Shown: positions 1-7,927, counted from the stretch's first letter. The stretch is DNA of 32,000 nucleotides from Formosa sp. Hel1_33_131 (GCF_001735745.1 NZ_CP017260.1:1680001-1712000), one strand, 5' to 3'. Made by a program: numbers and translations. Notes: a model not told the origin generated them from the sequence alone.

Positions 1-890
1 TGACTGATGGCATGCGCTTCATCAATTTCACTGCCTCCAAAAGATTTCTCCCAAACTAAGGCGCCAGTGTCAGAGATTTTAATCGCCCAAAAATCATAAG
101 TTCCTCGGTTGTTTGAGATATCCACATCATCACTATCCGAAGAGCCAATAATAATATAACCACCATCTTCGGTTTGAATGGCGTCGTAGGCCGTGTCGGT
201 ATAGCTTCCGCCATAGTAGTTGCTCCATTGTTTGACGCCACTTGCGTTTAATTTAATCGCCCAATAATCGCCTCCTGCATGCCGACTGACAATCGAGTTT
301 CGATCGCCTTGGCCATTGGAAGCGGAGACATCCAAAACGCCCGTCAATAAGTAACCATTGTCATTGGTTTGAATGATAGAATAGGGGGAGTCACTTCCTG
401 CAAATCCAAAAGTGTATTCCCAAGAAATGGAGCCACTGCTGTCCAGTTTCGAAACCCAAAAATCCTCAAAGCCTGTGTTTTCAGAAACATCTAGATCACT
501 GCTTTTACTTTTTCCAATCACGGCATAACCGCCATCTGAAGTTTGAATTAAATCAGCACCCCGATCGTCATCGCTTCCTCCGTATGTTTTTTGCCACTGT
601 AATTGATTTGCAGCATCATATTTTAGGAGCCAATAATCATAAGATTCGTTGGATTTATTAGTAATATCTCCGTCCATACTTTGGGCGTGCCCTAAAATGG
701 CGTAACCGCCGTCCGTTGTTTTGATAACGGCTTGAGCACTTTCATTTTTTGAACCGCCTAAGCTTGTTATAAAATCGATCTCTACGCCCGACTTTTGAGG
801 AGTCGAGTTGTCATTGTCTTCAGAGCAGTTTATTAAACATGAAGTTATAAAAAACACACCTAGTAAATGGTATAAAGATTTTTTATACAT
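1..890 (-). CDS. Repeat-containing surface lipoprotein (beta-propeller-like repeats); C-terminus runs off the window
   Basis: Reading the reverse complement from ATG (890-888), the frame stays open to position 1 (~296 codons). It is absent from the ORF track because there is no stop in the window. The N-terminus MYKKSLYHLLGVFFITSC has a signal peptide and a lipobox Cys. It is followed by at least 5 degenerate ~50-60 aa units of the form (Y/F)GGS..D.a..iIQT.DGGY.i.G...S.D.D....G..DfW..Kl...G...W. The start lies 5 nt downstream of the stop of the preceding minus-strand gene. Confidence 0.75.
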   Translation of the reverse strand, partial: MYKKSLYHLLGVFFITSCLINCSEDNDNSTPQKSGVEIDFITSLGGSKNESAQAVIKTTDGGYAILGHAQSMDGDITNKSNESYDYWLLKYDAANQLQWQKTYGGSDDDRGADLIQTSDGGYAVIGKSKSSDLDVSENTGFEDFWVSKLDSSGSISWEYTFGFAGSDSPYSIIQTNDNGYLLTGVLDVSASNGQGDRNSIVSRHAGGDYWAIKLNASGVKQWSNYYGGSYTDTAYDAIQTEDGGYIIIGSSDSDDVDISNNRGTYDFWAIKISDTGALVWEKSFGGSEIDEAHAIS

Positions 891-895
891 GGAGA

Positions 896-2473
896 TTAAT
901 TACTTTTTTTAATGATAAACAGGCCTCTATCAATATCACTAATAATAATGTTTCCACTTGTAAAATAGGGATATACATTCCAAACGCCGTTAAATGCAGC
1001 ACTGTCACTTTCTGGATAGGTGTCAAAAAACCCAATTTCAGTTAGGGCATCACTTCCTATTTGAGACACATCAAGGATTCGAACGCCTGCTCGATAATTG
1101 GCCAAAAAGTATTCATTTCCTTTGGTGTAGCCGTTATGATCGATGGCAAGTGTAGGACCTAAATAATCAAAGTCATAAAGAGGAGTGTCTAAGTCTGATA
1201 AATCAAACACTAAAGTTCGGGTATTATTCCCAACTCTCTGTTCATCAAGTTCGTCACCTACAATAAAATACCTCAAATCTTCTGTAAACCATCCTTGGTG
1301 GGTGTAGTGAGTATTAGAATATGTAATGGTTGATAAAATTGTTGGATTTGCTTTATCTGAAACATCCGCAATTACAATTTCATTTTCGTTACTGCCAACT
1401 AATATTTCTTTTCCAGTGTGGTCGCTGTCTGGTCCCGTATAGGTAATCACCTGAACATCGTGAGAATAGCCACCAGCAGCAAAGCCGCCTTCAGAAACGG
1501 GCGAAGTTGGGTTTTGGATGTTTATAAATAAGGCACCTCCAGAAAAAGGGCCACCACGACTTGTTCCTACGACATAGGCATATCCAGAAGTCTCGTTAAT
1601 AAAAATATTATGGGCACTCCCAAATTCTGTAAAATGGGTGTCGGCAGTAAACGTTTCGGGTGCGTTTGTAACAGATCGTAAACGAGTCAAATCAAAAACC
1701 TGCATGCCATGCCCAGAAGCTTCACTTACAATAAAGGCATGATTTTGATACACTTTGATATCTCTCCACAAGCTATTCACGGTTGCCGTGGGAAGGATCC
1801 CTACAAGTATAGGAGCAATGGGATTGCTGATGTCCACAAAAGCCGCATGAGAATTGAGTCCTACAAGTGCATATTCTTTATTCGTTGTTGGGTCGGTCCA
1901 GCCCCAAGAGTCATTTCCAGAAAGACTTCCTCCACCCGTACCGGGAGTCAAATCGTCTAGAGACATATAACTCATAAGGTCATAACCATCGCAAGGGTAT
2001 ATGTCCGCCATCCCATTATCGCAAGGTGCCAATGGGTCACAAACATCGCCAATACCATCTCCATCGGAATCGAGTTGGTCTAGGTTTGCGACTTCGGGAC
2101 AGTTGTCTTCGGAGTCAATTATGGTGTCTCCATCCGTATCTGTATTATCTATTGGTTCGCAAGCATCACCAATGCCATCGCCATCTGCATCTAGTTGGTC
2201 TAGGTTTGCGACTTCGGGACAGTTGTCTTCTGAGTCAATGATAGTATCGCCATCTGTATCTGTACTATCTGTCAAATCACAGGCATCGCCAATGCCGTCT
2301 CCATCTGCATCTTCTTGATTGGGATTGGCAATTTGAGGGCAATTATCAATAGAATTCATAATTCCATCTCCATCGGCATCTGTGGACACAGCGCCCGTTG
2401 GTTCGGAATTACAGGAAGTTGCGAGTCCAATTCCTATAAAAATGCACAATAATTTTAAAAAATTAGTTTTCAT
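896..2473 (-). CDS. Lipoprotein with N-terminal thrombospondin type-3 (Ca-binding) repeats and a C-terminal choice-of-anchor-B / LVIVD-repeat beta-propeller domain
   Basis: 525-aa ORF. Signal peptide and lipobox: IGIGLATSC. Residues ~35-150 hold repeated DxDxDGxxDxxDNCP...NxxQxDxDGDGIGDxC units, the TSP3 signature. The remainder has LVIVD-like strands (HAFIVSEASGHGMQVFDL, EIVIADVSDKANP, GVRILDVSQIGS, GLFIIKKS) and the WGWTDP...KEYALVG region I associate with the choice-of-anchor B family. The family assignment is from memory. Confidence 0.75.
   Translation of the reverse strand: MKTNFLKLLCIFIGIGLATSCNSEPTGAVSTDADGDGIMNSIDNCPQIANPNQEDADGDGIGDACDLTDSTDTDGDTIIDSEDNCPEVANLDQLDADGDGIGDACEPIDNTDTDGDTIIDSEDNCPEVANLDQLDSDGDGIGDVCDPLAPCDNGMADIYPCDGYDLMSYMSLDDLTPGTGGGSLSGNDSWGWTDPTTNKEYALVGLNSHAAFVDISNPIAPILVGILPTATVNSLWRDIKVYQNHAFIVSEASGHGMQVFDLTRLRSVTNAPETFTADTHFTEFGSAHNIFINETSGYAYVVGTSRGGPFSGGALFINIQNPTSPVSEGGFAAGGYSHDVQVITYTGPDSDHTGKEILVGSNENEIVIADVSDKANPTILSTITYSNTHYTHQGWFTEDLRYFIVGDELDEQRVGNNTRTLVFDLSDLDTPLYDFDYLGPTLAIDHNGYTKGNEYFLANYRAGVRILDVSQIGSDALTEIGFFDTYPESDSAAFNGVWNVYPYFTSGNIIISDIDRGLFIIKKSN
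2035..2345 (-). repeat. 120-bp in-frame tandem repeat (~2.5 copies) inside the TSP3-repeat coding region
   Basis: Positions 2041-2160 align to 2161-2280 at period exactly 120 with high identity. A 38-nt block (agttggtctaggtttgcgacttcgggacagttgtcttc) is identical at 2073-2110 and 2193-2230. A third, more diverged partial copy starts at ~2281. Confidence 0.85.
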
Positions 2474-2556
2474 AATATTGGATTTAGGTATGTTCAGGGA
2501 ACGTAATTTACGTCAAAAAATTATATATAAATGAAAATCAGTTGAATTATGTATCT

Positions 2557-2593
2557 TTTGTATAAGAAATTTACCAAAAGCGTCTTATTTTTG
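2557..2593 (+). promoter_or_regulatory. Candidate Bacteroidota-type promoter for thiL (-33 TTTG, -7 TATTTTTG)
   Basis: TATTTTTG at 2586-2593 matches the TAnnTTTG -7 consensus. TTTG lies at 2557-2560. The spacing is somewhat long, and the -7 box is only 4 nt from the ATG, which would imply a near-leaderless mRNA. Confidence 0.25.
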
Positions 2594-2597
2594 CAGC

Positions 2598-3656
2598 ATG
2601 ATAGAAGATAAAAATCAAGAAAATACGCCCCTAAGTAGTTTAGGTGAATTTGGACTAATAGACCATTTAACCAAACGATTTACCGATAAAAATAGTTCCA
2701 CTGTTAAAGGGATTGGGGATGATGCTGCGATATTAGATTTTAAAAATAAATCGGTGGTGCTGACTACTGATTTATTGGTTGAAGGCGTTCATTTCGATTT
2801 AAGTTATATGCCCTTAAAACATTTGGGGTATAAAGCAGTGATGGTTAATCTTTCTGATGTATATGCCATGAATGCAAATGCCACACAAATTACGGTTTCT
2901 GTGGCGGTTTCCAATCGGTTTTCTTTGGAAGCATTGGATGCATTGTACGAAGGAATTCACAAAGCCGCTGAGGTGTATGGCGTTGATGTAGTTGGTGGCG
3001 ATACCACCTCTTCTACAACAGGTTTGATGATTTCTGTAACCGCTCTTGGTGAAGTTGATTTAGACACGGTTGTCAAACGAAGTGGTGCGCAACCAAACGA
3101 TTTATTAGTGGTGAGTGGCGATCTTGGTGGGGCTTATTTAGGTCTTCAAGTTTTAGAACGTGAAAAAGAAGTTTTTAAAGTGAACCCGAACAATCAACCA
3201 GATTTGGATGGGTACACCTATATTATAGAACGTCAATTGAAACCCGAAGCCCGAAAGGACATCGTGAAACTTTTGAAAGATTTAGAGGTAGTACCAACGT
3301 CTATGATTGATATTAGCGATGGCTTGTCCTCAGAAATCATTCATTTATGCAAACAAAGTGAAGTAGGATGTGATTTATATGAAGATAAAATCCCTTTAGA
3401 CCCGCAGGTCATTTCAACTTGTGAAGAGTTTAATATGGACAGCACGACTGTCGCACTGAATGGGGGGGAGGATTATGAACTTCTCATGACCATTTCGCAA
3501 GAAGATTTTCCTAAAATTAAAGCCAATCCAAACTTAACGGTTATTGGCTATATGACCGAGCCGAGTGTCGGAATGAACTTGGTGACACGTGGCGAAACTA
3601 AAATTCAGTTAACAGCTCAAGGATGGAATCCGATAAGTTCAGATTCAGAAGCATAG
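2598..3656 (+). CDS. thiL: Thiamine-monophosphate kinase
   Basis: 352 aa. The AIR-synthase-related fold has the ThiL-typical N-terminus GEFGLIDHL...GIGDDAAILD...LTTDLLVEGVHF, plus GGDTTSS and ISDGL motifs. Confidence 0.85.
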   Translation: MIEDKNQENTPLSSLGEFGLIDHLTKRFTDKNSSTVKGIGDDAAILDFKNKSVVLTTDLLVEGVHFDLSYMPLKHLGYKAVMVNLSDVYAMNANATQITVSVAVSNRFSLEALDALYEGIHKAAEVYGVDVVGGDTTSSTTGLMISVTALGEVDLDTVVKRSGAQPNDLLVVSGDLGGAYLGLQVLEREKEVFKVNPNNQPDLDGYTYIIERQLKPEARKDIVKLLKDLEVVPTSMIDISDGLSSEIIHLCKQSEVGCDLYEDKIPLDPQVISTCEEFNMDSTTVALNGGEDYELLMTISQEDFPKIKANPNLTVIGYMTEPSVGMNLVTRGETKIQLTAQGWNPISSDSEA

Positions 3657-3659
3657 TGT

Positions 3660-4220
3660 TTATTTCCAGCGCAAACTTTCGATAAGATGCATCATATCCT
3701 TTTGAATATAGTTGATGGCTGGTAAAATGGAATCGTAGTTGGGTTTGGTCTCAAAATAAAGCGCTCCAGATATAAAATGCTTTGTACTGTCGGTTACATA
3801 AAACTGGGATTGTGACGCTACATTTCCCTTTAGGTCATAAAACATACCGTATAAATTTTGTGGGTCGTTTTCATACATCCGTTCTGAAATTTCATCCGCC
3901 ACTTGAAGGTGTTTTTGAGTCCTTGCCCTTGCGTCCGAAATATATTTTTCGAGGTTGTTATCTACTTTTTTATAATTGATAAAAACAGAGGCTTTTAGTG
4001 CGGGATAGCGAAGAATAATCCCTTCAAGAGTGTTGTTTTTTTTAGAAACATTCAGCTGGGCAAGTTTGTTTTTTTCAAATTCAAAAGGCAACTCCAGCAA
4101 GCTTTTATGGTAAGCCGCTTTTGGATAATCCAAACTCAAAAAGGCTTTTGGTTTTGGCACCGGAATTTCATCACAAGAGAAACACATAAAAATACATAAA
4201 AGAACAGCGAACGATTTCAT
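3660..4220 (-). CDS. gldD: Gliding motility lipoprotein GldD (probable)
   Basis: 186 aa with signal peptide and Cys (LLCIFMCFSCDE). It lies immediately downstream of, and overlaps by 1 nt (TAATG), the CorC/HlyC-type gene. This matches my recollection of the F. johnsoniae gldE-gldD locus in size and synteny. No motif-level confirmation is possible here. Confidence 0.6.
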   Translation of the reverse strand: MKSFAVLLCIFMCFSCDEIPVPKPKAFLSLDYPKAAYHKSLLELPFEFEKNKLAQLNVSKKNNTLEGIILRYPALKASVFINYKKVDNNLEKYISDARARTQKHLQVADEISERMYENDPQNLYGMFYDLKGNVASQSQFYVTDSTKHFISGALYFETKPNYDSILPAINYIQKDMMHLIESLRWK

Positions 4221-5542
4221 TATTTTTTAAGTGTTACTTTGAGTTGTTTGATGCGTTTATTGTTGAGTGCCTCCACAGTAAATGTATAGGTTTTAAATCC
4301 AATTTTACTGTTTACTTTTGGAAAGCTTTTAGATATTTCAAGCACAAATCCAGCGAGGGTTTCTGCTTCTCCTTTTTCATCTTCAAAAACAGATTCATCA
4401 TCCAATTTGATAATTCTATAAAAATCTTTAAGTGTTGTTTTGCCTTCAAAAACATAATTATGCGCATCGAGTTTTGAGTAAATCAAATCATCGTCGTCAA
4501 ACTCATCACTAATATCTCCCACAATTTCTTCAATGATATCTTCTAAAGACACCACTCCAGAAGTTCCGCCATACTCATCGACTACGATGGCCAAGTGAAT
4601 TTTTTTCTCCTGAAACTCGACCATCAAATCATCTAGCTTTTTATTTTCAGGTACAAAAAAGGGTGCTCTTATTAAGGTCGTCCAGTCAAATTCTTTCTTT
4701 TGAAGGTGCGGTAATAAGTCTTTTACGTATAGTATTCCGACAACCGTATCAATACTTTCATTGTAAACAGGAATACGAGAATAGCCGTTTTTTACGATTT
4801 CCGGAATAATTTTTTTGTAGTCCACCGATTGATCCAAAGCAAATATATCGATGCGCGGACGCATCACTTGTTTGGTGTCTGTATTTCCAAACGACACAAT
4901 GCCTTGTAGAATTTTTTGCTCTTGTTGGGTAGTGTCATCTTCACTAGCAAGCTCCAGTGCTTGGGAAAGATAATCGACATTAAGGTTGGATTTTTGTCTT
5001 CCTAATTTTTTATGAATTCCTAAAGTTACTTTTTGCATCGGAATGCTAATGGGCGAAATGACCACATCCAATACTTTTAAAGGATAGGCCATAAACTTTG
5101 AAAACTTTAAGTTGTTTCGGTTGGCATATACTTTGGGTAAGATTTCTCCAATCAGTAAAATTAAAAAAGTAATCAGAATTACTTCAATAAAGAAAACGAG
5201 GTCAATTTTGAAAAATCCTAAATCTAATTCTGATTGTACACTGCTAAATAAAGTTTCGCTTAGAGAGGCAAACAATATGACGATGGCGATATTTATGAAG
5301 TTATTGGCGACCAATATAGATGCCAATAATTTTTTTGGATGTTTTAAGAGTTCAATAATAATCTCAAACGATTTTGACTTGCTGTCTTTTGCCTCATCTA
5401 AATCTTTTTGTGTCAGCGAAAAAAGAGCGACTTCAGCGCCCGATATAAGTGCAGAACAGATTAAAAGCACCAGTAATCCAAGGATGCCAATGATCAATGT
5501 GCTGTCAAAAAGAGGGGTGAAACTAGAGGGTTCAGGGTCCAA
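4220..5542 (-). CDS. gldE: Gliding motility-associated protein GldE (DUF21 membrane domain + 2 CBS + CorC/HlyC C-terminal domain; hemolysin/CorC family)
   Basis: 440 aa. It has N-terminal hydrophobic helices, then a CBS-pair region (VMRPRIDIFALD..., GYSRIPVY, VVGILYVKDLL, HLAIVVDEYGGTSGVVSLEDIIEEIVGDI), then a CorC_HlyC-like tail. It sits directly upstream of the gldD candidate. Confidence 0.75.
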   Translation of the reverse strand: MDPEPSSFTPLFDSTLIIGILGLLVLLICSALISGAEVALFSLTQKDLDEAKDSKSKSFEIIIELLKHPKKLLASILVANNFINIAIVILFASLSETLFSSVQSELDLGFFKIDLVFFIEVILITFLILLIGEILPKVYANRNNLKFSKFMAYPLKVLDVVISPISIPMQKVTLGIHKKLGRQKSNLNVDYLSQALELASEDDTTQQEQKILQGIVSFGNTDTKQVMRPRIDIFALDQSVDYKKIIPEIVKNGYSRIPVYNESIDTVVGILYVKDLLPHLQKKEFDWTTLIRAPFFVPENKKLDDLMVEFQEKKIHLAIVVDEYGGTSGVVSLEDIIEEIVGDISDEFDDDDLIYSKLDAHNYVFEGKTTLKDFYRIIKLDDESVFEDEKGEAETLAGFVLEISKSFPKVNSKIGFKTYTFTVEALNNKRIKQLKVTLKK

Positions 5543-5564
5543 TTATGTGTGTTTTATAAACTAA

Positions 5565-6005
5565 TTAAAATGGTAAATCGTTTGGTTCTTCGTTGTTTTC
5601 AGGGGGTTTTGCAGCCGCTGATTGTGGGGTTTGTTTTGAGGAATTTTCTGAGGAGGATGAACTGTCACTTTTGGCTGTCAAAAATGTAAAATCAACACAT
5701 TGGATTTCGGTCGAATACCGGTCGTTTCCTTTGTCGTCTTGCCATTTTCTTGTTTTTAAACGCCCTTCAATATATACTTTATCTCCTTTGCTGAGGTATT
5801 TCTCACAAATTTCGGCTCCTTTATTTCGGACCACAATATTGTGCCATTCCGTATTGGTCACCTTTTCATTGGTTTGCTTGTTTGTATAGGTTTCATTGGT
5901 CGCCAATGGAAAACGTCCCACACAGTTTTTATCATCAAAATAATGCATTTTCACGGCATCTCCAAGATGTCCAATAAGCATCACTTTATTTAAAGTTCCT
6001 GACAT
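5565..6005 (-). CDS. ssb: Single-stranded DNA-binding protein
   Basis: 146 aa. It has an OB-fold N-terminus (LNKVMLIGHLG...TEWHNIVV...GDKVYIEGRLKTRKW), a low-complexity linker, and the acidic C-terminal tail ending DLPF. Confidence 0.92.
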   Translation of the reverse strand: MSGTLNKVMLIGHLGDAVKMHYFDDKNCVGRFPLATNETYTNKQTNEKVTNTEWHNIVVRNKGAEICEKYLSKGDKVYIEGRLKTRKWQDDKGNDRYSTEIQCVDFTFLTAKSDSSSSSENSSKQTPQSAAAKPPENNEEPNDLPF

Positions 6006-6083
6006 AATAGTTGATTTTTGAGTGCATAAATTTGAAACAAAATTAATGTTATAAAGATATCTAAAAAATGTAAAAGCTCATAC

Positions 6084-7124
6084 TTAAATATGAAAATTAT
6101 TTATAAACCGTTCGATGACAGCTGGGACTGGATAGGTTGCGATATTAGACCATGCTATTGCATTTTCAGGAGCGTTTTTTGTTTTTATAATCCAAAACTT
6201 GACATGCAATTCACGATGGGATAGTTTGTGAATAATATCCGAAGTGTTAAAAAGTGTGATATTTTTGTAAGGCATCTTAATTTTGTCTGATACTTCAAGG
6301 TAGGGCAAAAGCTCTTCTTTAGACACCGCAGTGGGGGTTTCAATGAGGGGAAATTGATACAGTTGTTGCCAAATTCCTTTTTCCGTACGTTGTTCCAGAT
6401 AAGTTTTGTGATCGTCGGAATCCATCACTAAAAAATTAAAATACTTTTTAGTGACTTTCGTTTTTTTGAGTTTAACTGGCAATACTTTAATAGATCCCGT
6501 AGCATAAGCTTTGCAAGTCGATGCCAGCGGACAGATATCACAGTTGGGCGATTGGGGTTTGCACTGTCGCGACCCAAACTCCATAATCGCTTGGTTGTAA
6601 TCTCCAAAATTAGATAAAGGCAATAAGGACTCTGCTAATGTTTTAAACTGTTTGATGCCTTCCGTACTATTAATAGGAGTGTCAATCCCAAAATACCGAG
6701 CCAAAACGCGGTACACATTTCCATCGACGACAGCTACGGATTCTTCATAACAGATGGAAGCGATGGCACTGGCTGTGTAATCGCCAACGCCTTTTAGTTC
6801 AAGAAGCGACTTATAGTCTTTTGGGAATTCACCATTTAAATTTTCTGCAATGTGTTTGGCTGTAAAGTGCAAGTTTCGAGCACGGGAATAATAGCCCAGC
6901 CCTTGCCACAGGTTTAAAACCGCTGTTTCAGAAGCGGCTGCAAGTGCCTGCACAGACGGGTAATTTGCTAAAAAAGCTTCATAATAAGGTTGCCCTTGTT
7001 TGATCTGTGTTTGCTGTAAAATAATCTCTGACAACCAGATATTATACGGATTCTTAGAGGTGCGCCAAGGCAGATTCCTTTTGTTTACTGAATACCAGTT
7101 AGTTAGTGTTGAGTGAAAATTCAT
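6084..7124 (-). CDS. mutY: A/G-specific adenine DNA glycosylase
   Basis: HhH-GPD motif (LKGVGDYTASAI), a 4Fe-4S cluster loop (CKPQSPNCDICPLASTC), and a NUDIX-like C-terminal domain. I chose the start at ATG 7124-7122 (MNFHSTLTNWY...LPWR). The 32 upstream codons of the track ORF are AT-rich junk running through the promoter region. Confidence 0.88.
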   Translation of the reverse strand: MNFHSTLTNWYSVNKRNLPWRTSKNPYNIWLSEIILQQTQIKQGQPYYEAFLANYPSVQALAAASETAVLNLWQGLGYYSRARNLHFTAKHIAENLNGEFPKDYKSLLELKGVGDYTASAIASICYEESVAVVDGNVYRVLARYFGIDTPINSTEGIKQFKTLAESLLPLSNFGDYNQAIMEFGSRQCKPQSPNCDICPLASTCKAYATGSIKVLPVKLKKTKVTKKYFNFLVMDSDDHKTYLEQRTEKGIWQQLYQFPLIETPTAVSKEELLPYLEVSDKIKMPYKNITLFNTSDIIHKLSHRELHVKFWIIKTKNAPENAIAWSNIATYPVPAVIERFINNFHI

Positions 7125-7185
7125 TTTGAAATTGGTTGAATGGCAAAAATAATCTTTTAATATATTTAATTTTAATTCTTTAGGC

Positions 7186-7217
7186 TTGAAATATTGAATA
7201 TAAAATACATATATTTG
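7186..7217 (+). promoter_or_regulatory. Candidate Bacteroidota sigma-A promoter for the HU gene (-33 TTG, -7 TATATTTG)
   Basis: TATATTTG at 7210-7217 matches TAnnTTTG exactly. TTG lies at 7186-7188, 21 nt upstream. The ATG is at 7257. Confidence 0.45.
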
Positions 7218-7256
7218 CAAGCCTATTAAAAAATATTAATTTTAAATAAAATAAAA

Positions 7257-7547
7257 ATGACTAAAGCTGAAATTGTAGCTAAAATTTCCAACGATTTAGG
7301 AATTGAAAAAGGAGATGTATTGGCAACTGTTGAATCTTTTATGAGCGAAGTTAAAGGATCGTTAGAGACTGGAGAAAATGTTTATTTAAGAGGATTTGGA
7401 AGTTTCATTATCAAGACTAGAGCTGAAAAAATTGGGAGAAATATTTCTAAAAATACTTCAATCAAAATACCAGCACACAACATACCTGCGTTTAAGCCTT
7501 CAAAAGTATTTATTGAAGGTGTAAAATCGAAGGTTAAAGTAAACTAA
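7257..7547 (+). CDS. hup: HU family nucleoid DNA-binding protein
   Basis: 96 aa. It has the typical HU/IHF fold sequence (MTKAEIV..., RGFGSF, arm region RNISKNTSIKIPAHNIPAFKPSK). Confidence 0.9.
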   Translation: MTKAEIVAKISNDLGIEKGDVLATVESFMSEVKGSLETGENVYLRGFGSFIIKTRAEKIGRNISKNTSIKIPAHNIPAFKPSKVFIEGVKSKVKVN

Positions 7548-7580
7548 TTATTTATAAACTAATTTTAAAAAATCTCATTT

Positions 7581-7670
7581 ATGCCAAGCGGTAAAAAACG
7601 TAAAAGACATAAGGTAGCAACGCATAAGCGTAAAAAAAGACGTCGCGCTAACCGTCACAAGAAGAAGTAA
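7581..7670 (+). CDS. 29-aa hyper-basic mini-protein, probable bS22-type (AURKAIP1/COX24-like) small ribosomal protein
   Basis: ATG at 7581 and TAA at 7668-7670. Translation is MPSGKKRKRHKVATHKRKKRRRANRHKKK, with 20 of 29 residues K/R/H. It is below the ORF-track length cutoff. It starts 33 nt after the HU gene and is followed immediately by a hairpin. The family call is from memory of near-identical short ORFs in Bacteroidota. Confidence 0.6.
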   Translation: MPSGKKRKRHKVATHKRKKRRRANRHKKK

Positions 7671-7673
7671 TTT

Positions 7674-7698
7674 GAAAAAGTAGCACAGCTACTTTTTC
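7674..7698 (+). terminator. Hairpin downstream of the mini-ORF (weak intrinsic terminator candidate)
   Basis: gaaaaagtag (7674-7683), loop cacag, ctactttttc (7689-7698). This is a 10-bp stem, and the U-run forms part of the 3' arm. Confidence 0.45.
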
Positions 7699-7927
7699 GG
7701 GTTATTATCAGAACGTTCTTTGATATCAAATTCGTGCTAAAATTCAGTTACACCTTGCTGAATACATGAATTTACTGGATTAAATCCTGTCAAACCTTAG
7801 TATTGAAACACACTTAGTTGTGTTTAAAATACCTAAGGTTATACTCCTGCAGTAATCTGCGGGAATGAATCAAGAAAAATATTTTATAATCCATCTGTAC
7901 ATTCGTGTATGGATACAAATTAACACT

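Noticed and set aside
56-241. 61-aa minus-strand ORF near the left edge (and the 89-aa minus ORF at 31725-31994 near the right edge)
   Set aside because: Both overlap much better supported edge-truncated genes that the track could not list: the repeat lipoprotein at 1-890 in another frame, and metF at 31572-32000 on the opposite strand.
2001-2318. 105-aa Ser/Pro-rich plus-strand ORF (and the 71-aa ORF at 2026-2241) with an internal repeat
   Set aside because: It lies entirely antisense to the TSP3-repeat coding region of the 525-aa lipoprotein. Its repetitiveness and open frame mirror the GAT/GAC-rich repeats on the other strand. It has no independent start context or motif.
2474-2597. Possible TPP riboswitch upstream of thiL
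   Set aside because: The conserved THI-box elements (CUGAGA and the ACCUGAUCUGGAUAAUGCCAGCG-like core) are absent. Only a trivial 5-bp hairpin (acgta/tacgt) is present.
5112-5564. 150-aa plus-strand ORF
   Set aside because: It is fully antisense to gldE, whose product has clear DUF21/CBS/CorC domain sequence. The antisense translation is low-complexity with no recognisable features.
7125-7220. N-terminal extensions of track ORFs (mutY 7125-7220, rng 7865-7927, leuB 7551-equivalent at 11551-11574, cysD 21100-21129)
   Set aside because: The extensions encode AT-rich nonsense or overlap the upstream gene or promoter. Internal ATGs give N-termini that match the families (MNFHS..LPWR, MNKELIIRS, MNLKIAVLSGDG, MKNTSHINPLENE).
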